Below are positions 43,012 to 53,448 of a stretch of 64,000 nt of DNA, piece after piece. The notes under the pieces were generated by a model that searched no databases, was not told the origin of the DNA, and saw only the letters and a list, made by a program, of their open reading frames with translations. Origin of the DNA: Candidatus Binatus soli. GTDB taxonomy: Bacteria; Desulfobacterota; Binatia; Binatales; Binataceae. Numbering within the stretch: the stretch's first letter is position 1; each line of letters begins with the position of its first letter. The stretch spans positions 68,943-132,942 of the forward strand of contig DLMJ01000021.1 in NCBI GenBank assembly GCA_002479255.1. Direction: 5' to 3'. A program made the position numbers and the translations under genes.

Positions 43012-43128
43012 GTGACGCTGCAGGCTCCTTTCCCTCTCTCGCTGCTGAGAACTCCCGGTACGTTGGGAAACCTAGCATCTTTGCGATTGGCTGCCATAGC
43101 GCCGCCCGCTGGTGGCTGCCGAAAACCA

Positions 43129-43827
43129 TTAGTAAGTTGCCTGCGAAGGCGCAGTCGCCGCGGCGGGCGAGGCGCCCGGAGCGGGCGTTGCGGCATTGAC
43201 CGCGACGATGTGAAAGCGAACCGTCGCCTCATCGCCGGCCAGAATCGCGCCAAACAGAACGCCGGGGACCTTGACGCCGAACTCCTCATAATTGAACTTC
43301 ACTTCGCCGTCGCCGGTGAAGACGCCATCTGCGCCGAGCGTCGCATGAACAGACATGGTCATGGCATGCGCTTCGCCGTGAAGGGTAAGGAAGCCGGATA
43401 CTATCGCGGTGCCTTCGTGGCCACTGGTCATCACGACGCCGACGACACTGTTGCTCTCGAATCCGATGGTGGGAAATTTGTCCGCCTCGAGCGATTTTTC
43501 GGTGACGGCTCGATCGCGCGACGCATTATCGCTGCGATAGCTGGTCGCGTCGATCAGTATCCTCGCCTTCGCGCTGGCCGGGATGTTGGCGGGATCGGCG
43601 CTCACCGCGCCGTCGATTATGCGAAACGTCCCGGTGGCGCTGCCGCGGATGAAGGCGGCCGGTTCCGCGACCGACACGCTTACCGTGCTGCGGTCAACGT
43701 CCATCTTGAATCGCATCGTGGCTGCGCCGGCAGCGCACGGTCCGAAAGCAATCAGCGCGAATGCGCCGGCCATCGCAATCAGTGCGTGCGTGAGGACGGC
43801 GTGAAACTCAGTTGCGGATTTTTTCAA
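43129..43827 (-). CDS. YceI-family polyisoprenoid/lipid-binding protein
   Basis: Signal peptide; S.N.SRD..L.ADKFP.I.F.S, G.LTLHG and FG. Confidence 0.85.
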   Translation of the reverse strand: MKKSATEFHAVLTHALIAMAGAFALIAFGPCAAGAATMRFKMDVDRSTVSVSVAEPAAFIRGSATGTFRIIDGAVSADPANIPASAKARILIDATSYRSDNASRDRAVTEKSLEADKFPTIGFESNSVVGVVMTSGHEGTAIVSGFLTLHGEAHAMTMSVHATLGADGVFTGDGEVKFNYEEFGVKVPGVLFGAILAGDEATVRFHIVAVNAATPAPGASPAAATAPSQATY

Positions 43828-43853
43828 TTGGCAAGTGCTCCATTTTAGTGCGA

Positions 43854-45581
43854 TCAGCCGAAACGCCGACGCGCGATTGCGATGCCTACCACAGTGTAGA
43901 TAATTCCGAATCCGAAGTTGACCGCGGCCGGAACCAGCGCGCTCGACGCGGCGAGGTTGCGGATCATCAAATCGTTAAAGGCGCGCATCGCCCACGTGGT
44001 CGGCAGCGCGAGGGCGAGCTGCTGCATCCAGGCGGGTTCGAAATCGATCGGCCACCAGCATCCGCCGATCGCCGCCATTGTCATGATCACAATTGCGCCC
44101 ACGGGCAGAACGGCGTCGCGCGTCCGCCCCACTCCGGCAACGACCAATCCGAACGCCGCGCCCGCGAAAGCGATCGCCGCGGCGGGCATCATCAGCGCGG
44201 CCGGCGTGCGGCCGAGCGAAATTCCGAACAGCGCGTATCCGGCGGCGAACAGCACCGCCATCTGGATGAAGCCGACCACGAAGCGGGCAAGCAACATTCC
44301 GCTGAGCGTAGTCCACAGCGGCGCCGACGCCGAGCGCAGGCGTTCGAGCGTGCCCCAATCGTGCTCGTCGATCAGCGCCAACGACACGCCCATCAACATT
44401 CCGATCAAAAGAAAGGTCACGGCGAAACCCGGCACCTGGAGATCGAACGCGTTGAATCCCGCGACCGCACCGATTTCCCGGCCGGCCAGATCGACCTCGG
44501 TGTAGCCGAGCGTGCCGGGAATCGCGCGGCTCGAATCGATTCGAGGCAGGACAGGAATGTTGACGGGCGGGATTTTTGGCATCGCCGGCAGCTCGGGCAG
44601 ATTAAGATCGATCGGCGCAACCGTGAGCGCGCTTTCGAGCCTGGCCCGGGCATCCTTGATCTCCGCGCCGGCTTCGAGCTTGATTGCGCCGAGATCCAGA
44701 TCGGCCGGCAGAGTCGGGATGGCCGGCGGCGGCGGGATGTCGGCGGCGTGGCTGCCGGCAAGCTGCTTGAGTTGGCCGAACCAGGTCTCGAACTGGGCGT
44801 GCGCGATGTCGAGGCGCTTCAAATAATCCTCGAGCTCATTGAGTTTCGCCTGCTGCGCGGCGGCGTCGGCGTCGATCTTGCGCTGGATCCGATTCAACTC
44901 GGCGTCGAGCGCGGCTTTGGTTTTATCGCGCGCGTTGGTCAAAGCAGCCTCGAACTGCGCGCGAATCCGCGCCGCGAGCGCAGCGCGCGATGCAGCAGCC
45001 GCGGCGGCGAGGCGCGCGGCTCCGGCGCGGGCTTGCGCGACGGACTCGCGCGCTTGCTCGATCTGACGGGTCAAGTTGCGAGTTTGTTCGGCGGCCTGTA
45101 TCCGCGCCTCGGCGGCGGCGCCGGCGCTGATTTTCCGGCACAACTCCGAAAGCGTCAGCTCGATCTCCGTGGTCTGCAGGTACTTGACCGGGTCGGTATA
45201 GAGAATGAGCTGCGCGCCGCGGCCGTGTCCGATCGCGTCGGTTGTTCCGGGAGGAATGACTATTCCGACCACCGCCAAGTTTCGCTCGCGGACGGTCTGC
45301 TGAGCGTCGAGGCGGCTCGAAGAATGAATGAGGGAGAGCTCGGGCCGATGCGCGATTGCGTCGAGGATCGCGCGCGCGACAGCGCCGTGGTCTTCGTCGA
45401 GAATGGCCACCGAGTATTCGCCGCGCGGAGCGGTTCGACCGCCAAAAATTTTCGCCAGCGAAAAACCGGCGGCAGCGATGACGGCGATAGGCGCGACCAG
45501 CAGCATGAACAAGCCGATGCGGTCGCGCCGGATGAGCAGGAATTCCTTGCCGATCGTCAGCCACACCGCGCGCAGCATCAT
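43854..45581 (-). CDS. ABC-2 type permease with a long periplasmic coiled-coil insert
   Basis: KEF....RD, VPGF, E...GTLERL..A and LPTTWAM. Confidence 0.85.
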   Translation of the reverse strand: MMLRAVWLTIGKEFLLIRRDRIGLFMLLVAPIAVIAAAGFSLAKIFGGRTAPRGEYSVAILDEDHGAVARAILDAIAHRPELSLIHSSSRLDAQQTVRERNLAVVGIVIPPGTTDAIGHGRGAQLILYTDPVKYLQTTEIELTLSELCRKISAGAAAEARIQAAEQTRNLTRQIEQARESVAQARAGAARLAAAAAASRAALAARIRAQFEAALTNARDKTKAALDAELNRIQRKIDADAAAQQAKLNELEDYLKRLDIAHAQFETWFGQLKQLAGSHAADIPPPPAIPTLPADLDLGAIKLEAGAEIKDARARLESALTVAPIDLNLPELPAMPKIPPVNIPVLPRIDSSRAIPGTLGYTEVDLAGREIGAVAGFNAFDLQVPGFAVTFLLIGMLMGVSLALIDEHDWGTLERLRSASAPLWTTLSGMLLARFVVGFIQMAVLFAAGYALFGISLGRTPAALMMPAAAIAFAGAAFGLVVAGVGRTRDAVLPVGAIVIMTMAAIGGCWWPIDFEPAWMQQLALALPTTWAMRAFNDLMIRNLAASSALVPAAVNFGFGIIYTVVGIAIARRRFG

Positions 45582-45623
45582 CGCCTCAAGCAACCCGGCC
45601 GTTGGTCGTGGGACGCATCATGT

Positions 45624-46574
45624 TCATGGCGTATCGCGAAGCGCGCGGCCGGTGAGTTTCAGGAAAGCGTCCTGGAGATTGGGACGATGGACGTGGAACT
45701 CGACGACCTCGCCGCCAATCTCGCCGGCGCGGCGAATCACGTCGGGCACCTGGTCGAGCGTGCGCAGCGTGAGCGCAGCCGCGAAGCCGTCGAGGGCATC
45801 CCCCGGCAGTTCGCCGACGCCCGCGATCCCATTGGACCATCCGGGCAGCAGCGCTTTTTTGGTCAAGATTTCGATCCGCGGTTCGGTTCCCGCCAATGCG
45901 ATCAGTTCCCGGTCGGTGCCCTGCGCAACTATTTTCCCGTGATCGATCAGCACGATTCGGTTGCATAGCCGTTCTGCTTCTTCCATGTAGTGCGTGCTGT
46001 AGAGGATCGCGCCGCCGGCTTGCGCGGCCGCCTCGACGATCGCGAAGATCCGCCCGCGCGATTGCGGATCGACGCCGACGGTCGGCTCGTCGAGCATGAG
46101 CGCCGCCGGAAAGTGCACCATTGCGCACGCGATGTTCAGCCGGCGCATCATGCCGCCGGAAAATTCGTTTACCACGTCGTCAGCGCGATCGCCCAGCCCG
46201 ACTTCCTCGAGCAAAGTGCGGGCGTGGCTCAAAGCGTCGCGCGAGGCCATCCCCTCCATCCGTCCAAAGAACACGAGGTTTTCAAGCGCGGTGAGCGTGG
46301 GGTAAAGAGCGAGCGATTGCGGCACCAGGCCCAGCCTCTGGCGCGCCAGGCGCGGCGCGGTGGCGAGATCGTAAGAGCCAATCGAGGCGCGGCCGGAGTC
46401 CGGAGCGATCACGCCCGACAGAATCAAGAGCGCGGTGGTCTTGCCGGCGCCGTTGGGACCGAGCAGGCCGACGATCTCGCCTGCGTTGACGGTAAACGAC
46501 ACGCCGTCGAGCGCGACGCGGTGGCCGTAACGCTTGCGCAGACCTTCGGCGCGGATCATGGGGCCTGAGTTCAT
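45624..46574 (-). CDS. ABC transporter ATP-binding protein
   Basis: GPNGAGKTT, FSGGM.RRLNIA, LDEPTVGVD and STHYMEE. Confidence 0.95.
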   Translation of the reverse strand: MNSGPMIRAEGLRKRYGHRVALDGVSFTVNAGEIVGLLGPNGAGKTTALLILSGVIAPDSGRASIGSYDLATAPRLARQRLGLVPQSLALYPTLTALENLVFFGRMEGMASRDALSHARTLLEEVGLGDRADDVVNEFSGGMMRRLNIACAMVHFPAALMLDEPTVGVDPQSRGRIFAIVEAAAQAGGAILYSTHYMEEAERLCNRIVLIDHGKIVAQGTDRELIALAGTEPRIEILTKKALLPGWSNGIAGVGELPGDALDGFAAALTLRTLDQVPDVIRRAGEIGGEVVEFHVHRPNLQDAFLKLTGRALRDTP

Positions 46575-46593
46575 CGATAATGAACCACGGGTT

Positions 46594-49026
46594 TCATCGC
46601 GGGCGCCCAATCAGATTATTCATGAGAGTTGTTGATGATGAAGATGCGGCCGGCGTGCGGCTTTCCAGGTCGGGGCGCCTCGATGCGACTGCGCGTTCCT
46701 TCTCGCGGCGGATGAAGGCGGGATCGAAAGTCACGATCAAGACGGGCAGAATGGTCATCGCACCAAGCATCGAAACGAACATCCAGACCGCCAGCAGCAG
46801 GCCCATCTCGGCGTCGAAGCGGATGCTCGACCAGTACCAGAACAGAACCGACGCGACCAGCGTCAGCGCGGTGAATGCGACGGCCTTTCCCGAGGTGATC
46901 AAAGCAGTATAGGTACTGCGCTTGAGATCGCAGCCCAGGGCGAGTTCTTCGATAATCCGGCTTACTATGTAGATGGAATAGTCAATCCCAAATCCGACGC
47001 CGACAGTGACTACCGGCAGAGTATTAATGTTGATACCGATGTTATGTGCGCCCATGTAGGCATTAATAGCAGCGTTGGCGAGCGCCAGGGGGAATAGCAA
47101 ATAGAGTCCCGCCATGAACGAGCGATAGGTTATGAGTATTATTATGTAGATAGTGGCGAACGCGAGTACGTTCAGCAAAAGATCATTGTCGATGATTTCC
47201 TGATTGGCGGCGGCGAGCTCGCCGATTATTCCGGCGGCGAGCGAAAACGTCACGCCGGGCACGCGATGCTTGGGCTCGTCGAAGAATCGCTGGGTGCGCA
47301 ACACGATTCGTTGGACGTTTTCGCCCTCGCGATCCTTGGAATACACCGTCATCTGGGTGGCGTCGCGCCGTGGCGTGATGATGTAGGCGGTCGACAGCGG
47401 AGACGCGCCGGCCAGCAATCCGCCGAGCAGCTGTCCGGTTTCGCGCGTGGTGGTCGGCAGCACGTTCCACTTGGGCTGGAATTCCCTGAGCGCGGAGCCG
47501 CCGTTCGACAGCAGATCGGCAACCGAGAATGTGCGCCCAACCGCCGGATCGCGCTCCATGTAGCGCTCGTACTCGTCCATGACGTGGTACAGCTTGGGAT
47601 CGTTGAGCGATTCGCGCCGGGCGAGCTCCGCTACAACGACGAACTGCTCAATCGCGCCAAACTCGCTCTGGATGGCGGCCATCGAGCGGTTATACGCCGA
47701 GTCGGGCCACAAAATGGGCGATTCAGACGACGGGTCGCCGACCCTGAGTCCGGACCAGAAGAACGCGCACATCGCGATCGCCGCGATCGTGGCGGCGAAC
47801 GCGGCGATGCGGCCCGATCTTTCCAGCATCGGCCTTGCGATCGACTGCAGCATTCGTTTGAAGAAGCCATGCTCGCGGCGCTCGATCACGTCGATGCGCG
47901 GCGGGTCGAGGTAGTAGTACACGATCGGATTGAGTATCAGCTCGCTCACGATGATCGCGGCGATCCAGAAGCTCGCGGTGATCGCGAGTTTCTGCAGAAA
48001 CAGAACCGGCACGAGCAGGATGATGAGCACGCCGAACGCATCGGCCAGAATTCCCGACAGCGACGGAACGAACAGCTCGGAAAACGACGACAGGATGGCC
48101 CTTTCCTTGTCGCGCAGGCGGTAAAACTCTTCGTAGTACCGATCGTGCATCTGCACTGAATGGCTGACGGCGCGCGCGGTTATCAGGAACGGGATGACGA
48201 GCACCAGCGGATCGAGTCCGAAGCCGAGCAGCCGGATGAAGCCGAGGCCCCAGATGGCGCAAATCACGCCGGAGATCGTCGGGCGCAGCGCACCGCGCCA
48301 ATCGCTGAAATAAAGATAGAGCAGGGTCCAGACGGCGAGCACCGTGGCGACAAAAATCCAGAGAAATTCCGGCGTGTAGTGATACACCCATCCGTACAGG
48401 ATCGGCTGTCCGCCGTAGTAGATATGCACCGACGCGTCGCGCTCCGGGTCCACCACGATACGCCGAATCTCGTCGAAGATGCGCGTGTAGTCGAGTCGCG
48501 TCTCGAGGAAGCTGCCCTCGATCACCGCCGCCTTGTCGTCGAGCGAGACGAAGCGGCCGAAAATCACGCCGGGATTTTTGTGGACGTTGCTCTCGAGTTC
48601 TTCCAGCTCGCCGGCGGTCTTGGGAACGTCGCCGTTGGGCAGCACGGGGGTATTGAGAATCACGCCGCCGGCCAGCGGGCGGAAATAGCTGGAAGTCGCG
48701 ATCGAGCGCACCGAGCCGTGCTGGATGCCGTAAACGAGATCGATGTCGCGCGTCATCCGGACTATTTTGCCGATGATCGCGGTGTTGTAGATCGTCCCCT
48801 CTTTCGCCTCGATCATGATCGTGACGTTGTTGACGCTGCCGAAGTACTGGTCGTACTTGTGCGCGACCTGGATGAACGGATGGTTCTGCGGAAGCAGTTC
48901 GCCGAAGCTCGTAACGAGTTGGGTTTGCGCCGCGAAGTAGCCGAAGAATACGGTGAGCGCGCCGACGACGCCCAACACGATGAAGCGCCGGCGCAGAATC
49001 CATTCACCAAAACGATACCAGGTCAT
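46594..49026 (-). CDS. MMPL/RND-family lipid transporter
   Basis: Two RND halves; ARAVSHSVQ, VGVGFGIDYSIY and TSGKAV. Confidence 0.9.
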   Translation of the reverse strand: MTWYRFGEWILRRRFIVLGVVGALTVFFGYFAAQTQLVTSFGELLPQNHPFIQVAHKYDQYFGSVNNVTIMIEAKEGTIYNTAIIGKIVRMTRDIDLVYGIQHGSVRSIATSSYFRPLAGGVILNTPVLPNGDVPKTAGELEELESNVHKNPGVIFGRFVSLDDKAAVIEGSFLETRLDYTRIFDEIRRIVVDPERDASVHIYYGGQPILYGWVYHYTPEFLWIFVATVLAVWTLLYLYFSDWRGALRPTISGVICAIWGLGFIRLLGFGLDPLVLVIPFLITARAVSHSVQMHDRYYEEFYRLRDKERAILSSFSELFVPSLSGILADAFGVLIILLVPVLFLQKLAITASFWIAAIIVSELILNPIVYYYLDPPRIDVIERREHGFFKRMLQSIARPMLERSGRIAAFAATIAAIAMCAFFWSGLRVGDPSSESPILWPDSAYNRSMAAIQSEFGAIEQFVVVAELARRESLNDPKLYHVMDEYERYMERDPAVGRTFSVADLLSNGGSALREFQPKWNVLPTTTRETGQLLGGLLAGASPLSTAYIITPRRDATQMTVYSKDREGENVQRIVLRTQRFFDEPKHRVPGVTFSLAAGIIGELAAANQEIIDNDLLLNVLAFATIYIIILITYRSFMAGLYLLFPLALANAAINAYMGAHNIGININTLPVVTVGVGFGIDYSIYIVSRIIEELALGCDLKRSTYTALITSGKAVAFTALTLVASVLFWYWSSIRFDAEMGLLLAVWMFVSMLGAMTILPVLIVTFDPAFIRREKERAVASRRPDLESRTPAASSSSTTLMNNLIGRPR

Positions 49027-49063
49027 TGCGTTGTCCGCAGTCCCCGTGCTCGCGCGTTTGCGC

Positions 49064-50200
49064 TCAACCCTGGCACAAGCGCCAGGTCTTGCCGCCGTCC
49101 TCGGTGTAAAGGATGGTGCCGTAGCCGACGATCCATCCGTGCTGCGCGTCGAAGAACCGCACCTGGCTGAGCGGGAACGGTATCGCGGGCACGGTCGGAT
49201 CATGCGCCCATGCGCCGTTGGACTGAAGGCGCAGCACGGCGCCCGTCAGTCCGGTAGTGATTCCCTGGTCGCCGGCAAACAGATCGATCGAGAACAGCGG
49301 ATCGCGCGCTGGAATCTGCACCGCTCCCGGCACCAGCGTGTCAGGCTCCGCGCCCGGCTGGTCCGACTGATGGGCAAACCGCCAGCTCTTGCCGCCGTCG
49401 TCGGTCTGCACCACCCATCCCTCGAGTCCGCACGCCGCGCCATGCTTTTGATCGCGGAACGAGACGCTGAATAAAGTCGGCAGGATAAAATCGGCGAAGC
49501 GCGGATCGTCGCCGGGTCCGAGCGGACGTTTCCATTGCGCCACCAGCGGTTGCTGCTGCTCATCCCAGCTCTTGCCGCCATTTTCGGTCGCCCAGATTCG
49601 CCCCAACTCGCCGACCACCCATCCGTGATCGACGTCGAGGAAACTCGCACTGTACAGAATCGGCTCCTCGTACGGCAGCGCGTAGTCGGCCAGCTCCTGC
49701 GGAAAAAGCCGCTGCAACTGGCGCTTGATGAAACTCTCGCCGCCGTTGGTCGTGCTCATCACCAGCGCGCGGTCGCCGACAAAGAAGCCATGAAGCGCGT
49801 CGGGAAACGACAGGCCGAAAATGAACAGGTGGGTTCGCGAGTTGAGCCGCTCCCAGCTCTTGCCGCCGTCGCGCGTGCGCATCACGAGGCCGTCCTGCCC
49901 GCACAGGTAGCCGTTCTGATCGTCGGCCATCTGGATTCCGAAGATGCCCAGGCTGGTGCCGATGTCGATCCGCTTGAAATGACGGCCGCCGTCCTCGGTC
50001 AACAGCACCTTGCCCCGATCGCCGACGACAAATGCGCGCGTCGGGCTGGTCGGCCATACATCGAAAAACTTGTCGGTCAGCGTGATATTGGGAAGCGGCA
50101 ACGGCGGGAGTGCAACTTGCCGATGACACGCAGCGGTCGCGAGCGCGATTAGAGCAAATAGGGTCTTGATTAAGCTGTATGCACGGAGGTTTCGCTCCAT
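49064..50200 (-). CDS. YCF48/BNR-repeat beta-propeller lipoprotein
   Basis: Lipobox TAAC; repeated G..G....T.DGG.SW. Confidence 0.9.
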   Translation of the reverse strand: MERNLRAYSLIKTLFALIALATAACHRQVALPPLPLPNITLTDKFFDVWPTSPTRAFVVGDRGKVLLTEDGGRHFKRIDIGTSLGIFGIQMADDQNGYLCGQDGLVMRTRDGGKSWERLNSRTHLFIFGLSFPDALHGFFVGDRALVMSTTNGGESFIKRQLQRLFPQELADYALPYEEPILYSASFLDVDHGWVVGELGRIWATENGGKSWDEQQQPLVAQWKRPLGPGDDPRFADFILPTLFSVSFRDQKHGAACGLEGWVVQTDDGGKSWRFAHQSDQPGAEPDTLVPGAVQIPARDPLFSIDLFAGDQGITTGLTGAVLRLQSNGAWAHDPTVPAIPFPLSQVRFFDAQHGWIVGYGTILYTEDGGKTWRLCQG

Positions 50201-50517
50201 TCGGCCGATCCCGCGGAAAAATTTGCTCTATACTCAAGCAAACCCGGGGTCTTGGCAAGTCGCATTTTGCGCGCGAAGAATCGGGCCACTGCGGTTCCGT
50301 ACCGCGCCCACCAGACGCGCAACGGACTCCTCCCACCGCCGCTGGGAACACCGTGTGTTATCGCGAATGCAATCTCTGAAGCTTCTGGAGGGGGAGCCAG
50401 TGACGGACGCTACAAGTGCGATTGCGAAGCGAATGTGGCGTTCGAGAGCGCTCGCCATCTTGCAGGTCACGGTGCCAAACGCTGCAACATGTTGCTTGCT
50501 GGGGCTTTTGAGCAGGA

Positions 50518-51714
50518 TTACAGATCCGCCAGCAACAGGCCCGTCAGGTACTCGCCCTCTGCGTGACCGAGCAGCACAGGATGGTCCGGGCCAGGGCCGA
50601 GATGCGCAATCAAGCGAAGATTGCGGCCGGCATTGGACGCGGAAAATCGCACGGCGCGGACGAAATCCTCGGCGCGGAAATGCGTCGAGCACGAAAACGT
50701 CATCAGACGTCCGCCCGGCGCCAGCGCCCTCATCGCGACCGAGTTGAGTTCGACGTATAGCCGGCCCGCGCGCTCCGCATCGCCTCGGCTGCGCGCCAGC
50801 GGCGGCGGATCCAGCACGATCAGATCGAAGCGATCCGCCGTCTCGGCCATCAACTTGCCGGCTTCGCCGTGAACGAACTCGACGGCGGTGGCGGCATACC
50901 CGTTCAGTTCGAGATTTTGCCGCGCGATTTCGAGTGCCCGCGCGGACGTATCGACGGCGACGATCCGCGCGGCGCCGCCCGCAATCGCCGCGAGCGAGAA
51001 TCCGCCCTGGTAGCAGAAAGCGTCGAGCACCCGCGCATCGGACGCGATCCCGCCGGCAATCGCGCGGTTGTCGCGCTGATCCAAAAAATAGCCGGTCTTC
51101 TGCCCGTGCTCGAAATCTATCTTGATTTTAATTCCGTTCTCGGCCGCGATCGTCCCGGTCACGGGTTCGCCGGCTAAAATCGCGGCGTAGTCGTCGAGGC
51201 CTTCCTGCTTTCGCACCGCGCCGTGGCTTCGTTCGATGATCGAGCGCGGATGAAGCAGTTCGCCCAGCGCGGCAACAATCGTCGCGCGCATCCGGTCCGC
51301 GCCGGCGGTCAGGATTTGCACGACGAGGACATCGTCGAATCGATCGATGACCACGCCTGACAGCCCGTCGCCGGCACCGTTCACGAGGCGGTACGAATTC
51401 GTATCGTCGCGGATGAAACGGCGGCGGATTTCAAGCGCGCCGCCGAGCCGGCGCGCAACCAGCTCTTCGATTGCGGGCGCCTCTCCCCACGCCAGCATCC
51501 GGATCGCGATCGTGGTCGCAGGGTTGCAGTAACCCATGCCGAGCAGCACGCCCGATGCGTCGTGCACTGTGACGGGAGCGCCGGCTTCGATCGAGCGCGG
51601 TTCAATCCGATCGATCGCTTGCGAGAAGATCCACGGATTTCCGCCGCGGACCGGTCCTTCCCTGCCGCGCTTGAGGACCGCGCGCGCAATTGGCGCGCTC
51701 ACCGCGCCGGCCAT
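50518..51714 (-). CDS. rlmI: RlmI/RlmK-type rRNA methyltransferase
   Basis: G.PWIF PUA domain, GDGLSG..ID, GQKTG.FLDQR and LDPP. Confidence 0.85.
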   Translation of the reverse strand: MAGAVSAPIARAVLKRGREGPVRGGNPWIFSQAIDRIEPRSIEAGAPVTVHDASGVLLGMGYCNPATTIAIRMLAWGEAPAIEELVARRLGGALEIRRRFIRDDTNSYRLVNGAGDGLSGVVIDRFDDVLVVQILTAGADRMRATIVAALGELLHPRSIIERSHGAVRKQEGLDDYAAILAGEPVTGTIAAENGIKIKIDFEHGQKTGYFLDQRDNRAIAGGIASDARVLDAFCYQGGFSLAAIAGGAARIVAVDTSARALEIARQNLELNGYAATAVEFVHGEAGKLMAETADRFDLIVLDPPPLARSRGDAERAGRLYVELNSVAMRALAPGGRLMTFSCSTHFRAEDFVRAVRFSASNAGRNLRLIAHLGPGPDHPVLLGHAEGEYLTGLLLADL

Positions 51715-52238
51715 GGCTGTTCGCCGGCGCGGGCGAAGTCGCCGCTGCGGCCGCCGCGTTTAGCGACCAGCCGGATTGCGCCGATTTCCATCGCGCGATC
51801 GATAGCCTTGGCCATGTCATAAATCGTCAATGCCGCCGCACTCACTGCGACCATTGCTTCCATTTCGACACCGGTGCGCGCGTCGGTGACTGTGCGCGCC
51901 TGGATTTGCAGTGCAGAGTTGGAAGAATCGGGCGTGAAATCGATCTCGACGACTTCGAGCGGGATCTGATGGCAGAGCGGAATCATCTCATGCGTGCGTT
52001 TCGCCGCCATTATTCCCGCGATGCGCGCCGCCGCCAGCGCCTCGCCTTTTTTGAGTTTCCCCCCAACTATCGCTTGAAGGGTCGCCGGCGCCATCCGGAC
52101 CTGGCCGCGCGCGATCGCCTCGCGCCGCGTTACCGGTTTTTGGCCGACATCGACCATCCGGATTCGCCCGCGGGCATCGAGATGCGTCAGGCGCGCGGAG
52201 ACGGCGCGCGGCTTTTGGGATTGTTTCTTGCCCGCCAT
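51699..52238 (-). CDS. moaC: Cyclic pyranopterin monophosphate synthase
   Basis: LTH.D..G...MVDV..K, IPLCH, TGVEMEA and IYDMAKA. Confidence 0.97.
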   Translation of the reverse strand: MAGKKQSQKPRAVSARLTHLDARGRIRMVDVGQKPVTRREAIARGQVRMAPATLQAIVGGKLKKGEALAAARIAGIMAAKRTHEMIPLCHQIPLEVVEIDFTPDSSNSALQIQARTVTDARTGVEMEAMVAVSAAALTIYDMAKAIDRAMEIGAIRLVAKRGGRSGDFARAGEQPWPAR

Positions 52239-52343
52239 TGTAAGGAAGTGGTTAGAGCTTATGTTGACCGCGCGCGAATATACAATAAACTCTTGATTCC
52301 CAGTTCAACAAAACATCTCAAACCATTGCGCAGGGCAGGTTAT

Positions 52344-53291
52344 ATGGCTGACGAAATCAACAAGGTCGTAATCCTCGGTTCCGGTCCCGCCGGACTAACC
52401 GCGGCGCTCTATACCGCGCGCGCCAATCTCAGTCCGCGGCTGATCGAGGGGAATGAACCCGGCGGCCAACTCACCATCACCACGGAGGTCGAGAACTATC
52501 CGGGCTTCGAGCATGGCATCCAGGGCCCCGAGATGATGGACGTGTTCCGGCGCCAGGCGACTCGCTTCGGCACGCGTTTCATGACCGGCGCAGTGACCGA
52601 GGCGCGCCTGGGCAAGCGGCCTTTTGAACTCATGGTGGACGGCAAAATGGTCAAGGCCGAGGCCGTGATCATTTCGACCGGCGCGTCGGCAAAGCTGCTC
52701 GGAATCGAATCGGAAAAACGCTTGATGGGTTACGGCGTGAGCGCATGCGCCACCTGCGACGGCGCATTCTTCAAAGACAAGGAAGCCATCGTGGTTGGCG
52801 GCGGAGATACCGCGCTGGAGGAAGCGAACTTCCTGACCAGATTCGTCACCAAAGCCACGATCGTGCATCGCCGCGACGCGCTGCGTGCATCGAAGATCGT
52901 GCAGGATCGCGCGCGCCGCAATCCGAAGATCGCGTTCATCTGGGATTCGGCAATCGACGAGATTTTTGGCGACCCCAAAAACGGCGTGAGCGGCGTCAGG
53001 TTGAAAAATCTCAAGACCGGCGCGACCACCGACCACAAGACCGACGCCGTCTTCGTCGCGATCGGTCATCAGCCAAACACCGCGCTCTTCAAAGGCCAGC
53101 TCGCGATGGACGAGGTCGGCTATCTGAAAGTGAAAGCGGGATCGACTTACACCAACATCGAGGGCGTGTTCGCCGCCGGCGACGTCGCCGACAGCGTGTA
53201 TCGTCAGGCGGTCACAGCCGCGGGCACGGGATGCATGGCGGCGATCGACGCGGAGCGCTGGCTGGAAGCGCAAGAAGCCGGCCGGCGATGA
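52344..53291 (+). CDS. trxB: Thioredoxin-disulfide reductase
   Basis: GSGPAG, GGQL..TT.VENYPG, SACATCDG, VGGGDTA.EEA and FAAGDV. Confidence 0.97.
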   Translation: MADEINKVVILGSGPAGLTAALYTARANLSPRLIEGNEPGGQLTITTEVENYPGFEHGIQGPEMMDVFRRQATRFGTRFMTGAVTEARLGKRPFELMVDGKMVKAEAVIISTGASAKLLGIESEKRLMGYGVSACATCDGAFFKDKEAIVVGGGDTALEEANFLTRFVTKATIVHRRDALRASKIVQDRARRNPKIAFIWDSAIDEIFGDPKNGVSGVRLKNLKTGATTDHKTDAVFVAIGHQPNTALFKGQLAMDEVGYLKVKAGSTYTNIEGVFAAGDVADSVYRQAVTAAGTGCMAAIDAERWLEAQEAGRR

Positions 53292-53448
53292 CTTCGCGCA
53301 TATGCCGAACTTCATCCTGCGCGGACTCAAGGTACGCGCGGCTCGCGCGCACCGGCGCGCTTGATTTCGACCCGGTCGTTTGATCCAGTGCAAGAGCGGG
53401 CTGCGCGCCAGTGATGCCTCCCTGTCATAGAGAGCTTGCGGTACCGCG

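Noticed and set aside
43812..45968. Long antisense ORFs (also 9802-11691, 58223-60061, 40146-41531 and others)
   Set aside because: Shadow frames of real genes in high-GC DNA; no recognisable motifs
50460..50480. Possible sigma-54 promoter upstream of the YCF48 gene (TGGCACCGTGACCTGC, minus strand)
   Set aside because: GG-to-GC spacing is 11 nt instead of the required 10
51690..52343. N-terminal extension of trxB in the ORF track (similar extensions at 5848, 17412, 49203, 61723 and 62028)
   Set aside because: Overlaps neighbouring genes; homology motifs begin at the downstream starts used in the feature list
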